Shown here: piece by piece, positions 55,573 to 64,000 of the stretch
Layout of the letters: every line of letters starts with the position of its first letter
Numbering within the stretch: position 1 is the stretch's first letter
NCBI GenBank assembly: GCA_028534125.1
Contig: CM052817.1
Coordinates: 72,914,001-72,978,000 of the forward strand
Source of the DNA: Lama glama
Lineage: Eukaryota
Reading direction: 5' to 3'
Length of the DNA: 64,000 nucleotides
Translations under genes and position numbers: made by a program
The notes under the pieces: generated by a model
What the model saw: only the letters and a program-made list of their open reading frames with translations
Told to the model about the DNA's origin: nothing
The model's database searches: none

Positions 55573-56784
55573 AAGCCAGGACATGCCAGTATACATGGAT
55601 ACATTCTGTACCCAAGTAGGTAGTATAACCCAGTAAAGATTATTAATATATAGTATTTAAAGAGTATAATTAATTTGTTCATAAAGTCTTATCTTTTCAG
55701 TCTGCAAACACATGCTAAAGCATATTATGATCTTAATTAATCTTTATTTTAGCAAGTCTTCAATTTTATTGCTTCGTCCTGTGTTTCTCTCTCATATTTT
55801 CTTTTCTTTCAATTCTCCCTACCTGAAAAGTGAAAGTTTCTCAAATCAGATGTTTGTGGATATGAATGTTTTATAATAAACTATGGCATATCTTTAGTGC
55901 CATCTCCTAGTGCATTTCAAAACTGGTTCTCCCACATTTTCCTTAACTGTCAGCTTATGCTTTCAGATGTTTTTGTAAGATGCTCAGATAGAGCTAATGT
56001 TGGCAAAATACGGCTCTCCTCAGGCATTTCTTCCTTTTTCAAGTTGTAAGGAACATTTCTTGAGAGCTCTGTGCCAAGATCCTGATCATCACAGTCTCCT
56101 CCCTCTGTAATGGAAAGATACCGTGCTCTTCCTTTCCTTATCATATCACTGACACCCAAGTCAATAACAAAGGATTTTTGCCACCAACCTGGCTTGCAAA
56201 AGACCTAGGCTAACAAAGAGGACATTATTTTTCTACTGCAAAAGGATTTAGACACAAAAGGACCTGAACTTTAATACTCGTTTTAAATTGCAGGTGCTTT
56301 ACTGATATCATTCACTAGTGCTTGGTGCTACTGCTTCATCTCTGCCAAACCAAGACGAACTGCTGCTAAAACTACCTCTTCACCAAATGAGTCACATGTC
56401 TTCATTAGTGCCTGTGAGAAATGTTCATACCAGGATAAACGGTTCTAGTGAATCCTCGAAGTATATCTGAACTTCATATTTCATATCTCCATTGCCATCT
56501 TGTCTAAGAGCATGGTTGTTCCTCCACCTGCCTGGCTCTTCTATTTTCTCTAATGTTTACCTCACTTCCAATTCTGTGCAAGTCTTTGTTCCTCATAGAA
56601 CTGTGTTTTTCAATGCAATTTAATCTTCAGAGAAAGCCCAGAGAACGGACAGTGATTTTTTTAATAGATTTGGCACATATAATCACAGCAAGACTGAAAT
56701 GAAATGTGCTGTGAGACACCATCTGCTGCCAACTTTTTTCTTTACACAGCAAGGAACATCAGTATAAACTCATGTTTAGCTTAA

Positions 56785-58485
56785 ATAAATGAGAAATAAG
56801 CATAGATATGAGTTTATACAAGGGATTAGTATTGAAAGAGTTCAAGACATGCCACCTCAAAATCAATTTGGTACATTGATTATTTTGAGCCAAAGGCACT
56901 TGAATGACAGCAAATACAGGGAGAGGCTTTCTTTGAATGCCCCTTATCTGTGTAAAGACAGATTCTTTAAAAGGAATTCAGTTTTCTTAAATCCCCTCAC
57001 CAGGAGTTTCACCAACCAGGCAACACTGACTCCTATTACAGGAGAGGAGACTAGTGGACACCAAAGCCAGACTTTGTCACAAACCATCGTGCCTTCCATC
57101 TATTCTTCTAAGGGCCCATTCATCCTTCTTAAAAATCATTTCCTAAATTGCCTACATCCCCACTCCCCTTCCCCTATTAATATGGTATGTAAGTTCTCAA
57201 TCTCACTGATTTGGGGGGAGGGGTTCTTTTTTTCTGTGATGCTCCCATGCGTGAAATACCAAAATTTAATGAATCTGTATACCTTTTCTCCTGTTAATCT
57301 GCCTGTCAATTTATTTCATACACCCAGCTATTGACCCTACGAGGACAGAGGAAAAGACTTTGCTCCCTTGCAGTAGACACTCATGTATTTCCAAACTGAG
57401 AGCACCTAGAAGTAACACAACCCAGTGGTAACCAGTACACCAGCACCCAGACCTTTGTTTCTAATACTATCTTCTACTAAAAGGAACCCAGCCTTCCTGG
57501 AGAAATGGCTGCTTCTAGGGCTGAGCAGTGAATATACAGGATGAGCCTGGGATATCCTGCAGTGTCAGAAATTAAGGAAGTGCTAAATCAACCTCTCTCT
57601 CTCTCTCCCTCACACACACACACTCACATACACATACACACAGAAGTGGTACAAAAAGCAATTGAAAGCATTTCCAATGACCAAGGCTTGACCAATTTGA
57701 GAAAGAAAATATATGAAGTAGTATTTTACACCCAAAGTATAAAACAAATATCCATGAGTTCATCCTGATATAAATACATGATTATATAAATAAATTAATG
57801 AGAAGGGACAAATCTGTACAGAAGAATTCCAAATAATTTATGTAGATACTGCCCCCTCAAGAAGGTGGAGCATAACTCCTCGCCCCCTTAAGTATGGGCT
57901 TTTACATTCCAAAGAGTACTGTGTGGAACAGAATAGGGGGAGTAACTTTTTAGTGGAGCCAGGTTATCAAGCTTAATACCATCAGTGATAAACCAGCACT
58001 TACCTTTTGATAGGATATGATGAGAATGTTACTTCACATCTGTGTTCTTCCTCTGAAGGAACCATATCTCCACGCTAATCATGACAGATCTAATTTCAGG
58101 ATCATTCTACAAAATAGCTGACTGGTATTTCTCACAACTGTCAAGGTCATCAAGAACTAAGGAAATTCAAAGAAACTGTTCCAGACAAGCAGAGACTAAG
58201 GGAACATTATGATTAAATGTACTGTGGTGTCCTAGAAAGGGTTCTGGAACAGAAAAAGGACAAGAGGGGAAACTAAGGAATTATGAATGAAATATGGACT
58301 TAAATTAATAATAATGTATCAATATTGGTTCACTAGTTGTGACAAATGTACTGTACTGTAACTACAAATGTAAGATGTTAATAGGAGAAACCAACTGCTG
58401 GACATACAGGAACCCTAGGTACAATCTTTGCAACTTTTGCATAAATCTAAAACTATTCTAAAATCAAAAGTTTATTTTTAAAAGA
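56785..58485 (+). mobile_element. L1MD-like 3' UTR (ancient), hosting a MER34-like LTR
   Basis: cagcacccagacctt...ggagaaatggctg...gaagaattccaaataatttatgtagatact...taaatctaaaactattctaaaat. Confidence 0.75.
56833..57372 (+). mobile_element. MER34-family ERV1 solo LTR
   Basis: TGAAAGAGTTCAAGACATGCCACCTCAAAA...ttgattattttgagc...ttttctcctgttaatctg...CA; 4-bp TSD GTAT/GTAG. Confidence 0.8.
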
Positions 58486-61344
58486 ATAAATTTAACAAAT
58501 TCCACATGAATCCGTCATCATGTCAGTAACTATGGATTATTCCCTTTACTATAAACGTAGTTTGTCACCAGACGACATGAGTGTCTAATGATTTCTGTTC
58601 TTTTCATCCCCTTCTTTTTATATATTATTTTATAATAGCAAAGTAAAGTTCATATTAATCCACTCCTCTTCATGAAATTATTGATTTGTAGCTTTCCATG
58701 TGAGCATTTGATTAATGTTTAATAAACTTCCAGAGGAGGGGGAAAGACTAAGAATCTAAATGTCCTAATACAGAGCAATTAGCTCATACCCAAGGGAGTT
58801 TTTGGGTTTGACATATACTTGTGTACTTCTAGAGGCTTCTTCTGCACAGGGAGTGTGCTTTCAGATTGCCCTTGAAGTGGACACGCTGTGACTGCAGCAG
58901 GAAGTCTGCTGGCTCAGAGGTCCTGAAGAGCCTCACGACACTGTTGAGTATTCTGACCTGCTCAGGATACACCAAACTGGAACACCATCTCCTGTCCCCA
59001 CCTACTCCCAAAGAACAGTCTTAATCTCAGAGTCTACCCATAGGAGAGTTCCTAGGCTGGAAATATCTTTAAAAGTCTTTCCAGGGTGGCCTCCCAGGTT
59101 CATATCAATTGGCCCTGTAGTTTTAGAGGATCCTGGAGAGGAGACATGCAGGGATAGATCCTGCAGCCTGGCGACCTCCTTTTGCACTCATGCCTACCCA
59201 CGGGGGCATCCTCAATTTGTCTGCATATCACTAAGAGGCCCTCTCAGGGGAGGATAACAGGTGGCTGGGTACTCTCTGTGGTGTAAGGCTTTACCAGGTT
59301 TGATAACTGCTTCTGTCAGCAACACCTGTTTTCTTCTCATTAAGAGATCTTCTGCTTTATGAGAATTTGAAATTATTTCAGCTTGAATATCTTCAGTATA
59401 CTGGCTATCATTTTTGAAAGTCAGCTATGCTAGCCATCCAATGGTAATTTTGAAGACTGTACATTGAACAGGTGACATAACAGAGAAAAAAGAATTTCAC
59501 TTGTAATCTCCTCGCCTCCTGCCCTCTAGAAATCAAGCTGTGCTTTGGTTTTCCTGTTTGCAAATATTAATTTAATCTCAGAGGGATAAACTTTCAGATA
59601 AGGTTTAAAAAACATCTTGACTTTGGTTAAATATTAAATTTAAATTAATTGGGTTAAATTTGTATATGAAATATATTCATTATGAATATTTAATACATTT
59701 ATTTAAATTTTACATACACTTTCCAGAAGCTATAGTAAAGTGTTAACAGTGGTGATCTCTGCATGGTGGACATGTTTTTATTTAATTATTTTTGCTTAAT
59801 TTATTTTCTACAATGCATTTCATGTACACTAATAATAAAAGGTTATTGTTTTTAATCTACACTAATTTATGCATTCAGTACATTACATTTCTTTACCTTC
59901 TATCCACTCTCTGCCTGGCAGAAAAGTGAATTTTTTAAGGATAGTCTATTTAACAAAATAGAGAAGCTGCAAAAATATATACCGAGAAGGTTAATAAACT
60001 GAGTTTCTATTCATAAATAAAATACTTCTCAAAGTTTTCCATGAGGTTCTGGCCTTCAAGATGGAAATTTCCAAACTGTTTCTTGCTACTATAAAAATTG
60101 CATGATTGGTCAGGCTTGAACACAAGTGGGGAAACTTGGTGATGCCTAGATGACAAAAAGGATAATAAGGCCCAGATACTAAGCTGTTTTCTTTCCACTG
60201 CACCTGGTCTATGGGGGCCCAAAGTGCTCCAAAGGCAATGTCATAATTGCTTGTTGGGAAAATGAGCTTAATGTCACAGAAAGGTCAGTTGTAACACTGA
60301 AAATCATTTGAACTGAGAACTTCTTATCACTGTACCTTTGAACCTAATTGTTATACAGTTATTTTGCTCAATTGTTTGCATACCCAGGACCAGTAATGAA
60401 AGTTTAAATTCCGGAATCCCTGAAAACATTTTTCAAGAAGTTTCCTACCTCTGCTGCTCATGCTATATCAAAATGCCAGGAAAGAAAGGAATAATTCCAA
60501 ACAAGGCCAAGACAAGTCCCTTCTGAAGTTCACTTGGGTCATCTCATGGAGCAGTCCTGTTTTCTCCCTCAAGTTGGCAATAAAGCCTATTTTAAGCTAA
60601 CTAATCAAATAAACAGCAAGTCCAAAATTCTTATTTATTAAATCTTAATTCTTCCCTTTGTGGTAAATCAAAGTGCCTTACAGATCTGCTCCACCAGGCT
60701 TTGCCAAATTAGATGTAATAGCTGACACTAAATAACTTGGCCCAGTTCTCAAGTGACTTGATCAAATCTAAAGTTTAAGTGTCTATCCACCAAGCCTATG
60801 ACTGCTTTTTTCATTTCCTTTCATGTGAACTTGTGGGGAACTTATTTAAACACTGCAAAAGTGAAAAAAAAAAAAGCAAGTTCACATACAGATTTTTAGA
60901 AGATCTTCTTACTTTTTTCAATATTTCCTCAAAACAGTGGTCAAAGCAAAAATTTCTCATCTATATGTTATACAGACATTTGCATAGGGAAGAGAACCCC
61001 TTGAAAGCCATTTGTACCTTCACTTGGCATTTGCTTTCTATATTGAAATTTGGGGGTTTCACTTCACTTAGGTTTTTTGGAAAGATTTTGGAAGTCTGCT
61101 TTTTCTATTGAATCACTCAATCTACAGACATTTATCAAACACCTACAATATGCAGAGCAATGCATTACATGTAAGAAATGAAAATTATAAAGCCTGGTAC
61201 TTCCTATTACAGAGTTTATAATCTAGCTTGAAGAAGTCAAGAATAAATGTGAAATTTTTAATAGTAACAAGAAGAGATAAAAATGGGTTTTAAATCCAAT
61301 CCTGTGGTTGAATATGATGACGTTAGAATACTATTAGGTGGGGG

Positions 61345-61950
61345 ACAGGCATCAGCAAAATCATGGCATAGGAATTTCTAGTGCTTCCCCACACACCCAC
61401 CCACCCCAAAAAAACCCATCAAATTGAACAATTATCCATGCCGGAAAATACCTTCACAAGAGCCAAGGATTCCAGGTGAGGGATTACAGCACCTGAACCA
61501 CATAAAAAGGAAAAGATGCACTGAGGAGGGTAGGAAAGATAGATTCAGGCTGTTCCTATCACTCCTCCCCCATGGTGGGGTACCCAAGAGAGAAGCATCT
61601 TCCCTGTGGGAGAAGAGGAAGGGAGCAGCAGACTTTACCACAGACCCCAGCGCTAGCCTGCCCAAGCACCAGGCTGACTCCTATAACCCTAGGTGGCTCC
61701 CTGTGGGCTCCTGAAAACCCAGGCCCCTGACTCATCCTAGTGCCAGCCAGCTCCCAAGCCCTAAGCTCCTAATCAGCCCCCGTGAACCCAGACTCCTGTG
61801 TCCGGGGCCAAGCCAACTACCGAAGACTCAGGCTTTCAACCTAATCCAACACTGGGCTGGCTCCCACAGCCCCAGGCCCCCAACCTACTCCAGCACCAAG
61901 CTATACTCTGCAGACATAGACTCCAGACTGACTCCCTCCACTAGGAATTG
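61345..61950 (+). mobile_element. Old L1 5' UTR fragment
   Basis: aaattgaacaattatccatg...aaaataccttcacaagagccaagga...followed by degenerate C-rich ccagg tandem units typical of L1M 5' ends. Confidence 0.6.
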
Positions 61951-63302
61951 CTCCTCACCCTCCTTGAAGCCACTGTTAGTTTCTTCCCCTACTATTAGAA
62001 ATTATAGGTTTAGCAGCTCTCCTATGTACTTCTGGAACCAAAAAACATTGCTCTCCTTGCCTGGACTAGAGATGCAGGGTGCAAGATTCCTTCATCCAGT
62101 TTTTATGTGAGCCCAGAACCACTCATATTCAGAGAACTGCATAAATCAGGGTAGAGAATGGACTCTAGAAGAAAATAGACCTGGGTCTAAATCTAAACTT
62201 CCTTAGCTCCTAATTTCTGATCTCTTAACTTTCTCAATTGTACCTTGTCGAGCTGTTCTGAGGACTAGAGAAAATGAGTCTTGTTTCTTGTAAATACCCA
62301 ATAGCAGAAAGTTATTATTTTCTCAGTCCTTGACTTATTTGCTTATGTCTATACTACCAGAATGTGACTAGATTTGATGTTCACTAGCTCCTTACAGCTC
62401 AGTGGGACACAGCCTTGATTCCCTACCAACCAGTCCTGAACTGAGTCTGTCAGGGAGATACATTAAGAGTAAATCCTCCCACTTCAGAGCCACAGATAGA
62501 TAGAAAGCCAATGGGTCAATATTATTGAGCTACAAGCTACCGAGTCAACAAAGTAGAACAACAAAGAAACACAATGAACAGGAATTTGTCTTCAGTGCTT
62601 GTCTGCCAGTCCCCTATTTTAATTTAGTCTTTTGCTTCACTTTGGCATTGGTCAACCTATCTCTCCCCAGGGATCTTTCTTTCTCATTCTATCAATCTTT
62701 TTGAACTAAAATCATGGCCTTACAAGTTGAGAGAAACACTGAAGACTAAGTCCAGCAGTGTCATTTTAGAAGTGAGAAAACTATGGCTCAGATTAGTGAT
62801 TTGCCCAGCTTCTTTGCTCCAGATTTGGGATAACCATCCAGGACTCAAGGCTTCTGGTCACATGCTTGTTCCATGCCTCCCTGTTGCCTTAATATTACAA
62901 CTAAGGTAAAATCACCAAAGAAAAATATCTACAATTCAATGGTATGCTCTGGGACTTCATTTAATTTTTTTTATTTTTTAATGTACATGATAAAGATTAA
63001 TGACATATTAGGTATGATTGTCTTCATGAATTTTAATTAAGAAAATATTCTGTTAATAAGACTACCAATGTGAAAATTTTTAAATTACAATAAGTATTTA
63101 AATCATGTGGGGGGGGGTTAAGTCCAGAGAGCAAATACCTAGTAATTTACTTAAGAAATTACATTTTCTCTGACACCATCACAGATGATCAGATTATTAC
63201 AGAACAAATCTACAAGTAAGGGAAATAGTACAATGAAAGAATTAATTTTGTGTGTAAAATTCCTCCTCTTATGAAAAGGAGGTTGAAATAGTCAATGGTG
63301 AA

Positions 63303-63387
63303 ACGAAAGAAGGAAGGAATGGAGGAAGGGAGAGTGGGTGGGAGGGAGGGAAGAAGAAAGAGGGAAAGAAAGAAAGGGAGAAAAAAG
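63303..63387. repeat. Purine-rich simple repeat (GGAA/GGGA/GAAA)
   Basis: Read directly. Confidence 0.85.
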
Positions 63388-64000
63388 TAGTACAAAATAT
63401 TTATTTCAGAAACGGTTTAACTCTGCATCAGAAAGATTTCAGTGAAATATCAGCAACAAATTCCAGAGAGCCAAATTTATTACCAATTCAAGTCAAAAAC
63501 CAGTTTCTCTGTATATTTGTAGGCTACACGATACTGAGAGTTAAATAGTTAAACGTTATGCCCTTAGAAAGTGTTCATAGTATTTCAGTCAGGATAACTG
63601 AAGTCCACGCTTCTGCCCAGTGGAGAAATCCATTATTAGCTAAGGCTCAATCAAGAAATTACTTTTATCACCAAAAGGAACAGAATTTAAAGTGCCTTCT
63701 CCAGTCCCTATAGAGGTCTAATTTAGAGCACTCAAAACAAGTTTAAGGGAACCATGAGAAAGTAAACTTCTGTTTGTGTAAATACTAGAAACATTTTACA
63801 GAGCATATTGTAGAAGTATACTTTCTTAGGAATACAATTTATTAAAGTGAATTTGGAACATACACAGAGACTAATAATTCTGCAAAATAATAGGCAAAGA
63901 ACAGAATCAACAGGAGTGGAACAAACAAAAGAAAAAGGAACCATATTGGACTCATCATCTTAAAACATCCACGATTTACAATTTTCACCAAAAAATACTG

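Larger units (their letters stand above)
52140..63958 (-). pseudogene. Candidate unitary (unprocessed) pseudogene of a TCAIM-like gene (DUF4460 plus multiple DUF4461-like repeats)
   Basis: Several short minus-strand peptides align without gaps to recalled TCAIM segments (see findings). Residual splice sites, an internal DNA duplication, and many stops and frameshifts. Confidence 0.6.

Noticed and set aside
56789..57334. 181-aa ORF
   Set aside because: Lies almost wholly within a MER34-like LTR; no recognisable protein features.
58800..59460. Alternative identities for the coding-like segment (DLC/STARD13 RhoGAP-START, SPATA31, AP1AR)
   Set aside because: Only marginal resemblance with no collinear series of matches, unlike the TCAIM-type matches.

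Overview
Mammalian (eutherian) genomic DNA, AT-rich and about half interspersed repeats. A Vic-1-type tRNA-derived SINE and young lineage-specific L1 3' ends point to a camelid (alpaca/llama/camel). There is one intact protein-coding gene: FAM241A (C4orf32), + strand, with two coding exons (21524-21700 and 47082-47327, 140 aa), a CpG-island promoter, a ~25.4-kb intron and a long AU-rich 3' UTR. The main unannotated signal is downstream on the - strand (~63958 to ~52140): the heavily decayed remains of what looks like a multi-exon gene. It has an N-terminal hydrophobic anchor, a DUF4460-like segment and many segments resembling the internal repeats of TCAIM (C3orf23; DUF4461). Stops, frameshifts and an old L1 insertion interrupt it, so it is a candidate unitary pseudogene of a lost TCAIM paralogue. 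That call rests on by-eye translation against a TCAIM sequence recalled from memory and needs a profile search. Repeat family names are also recognised by eye, not from RepeatMasker, and many repeat boundaries are approximate. Two 100-N scaffold gaps lie in or next to young L1 copies. Nearly all ORFs in the supplied track are chance ORFs.
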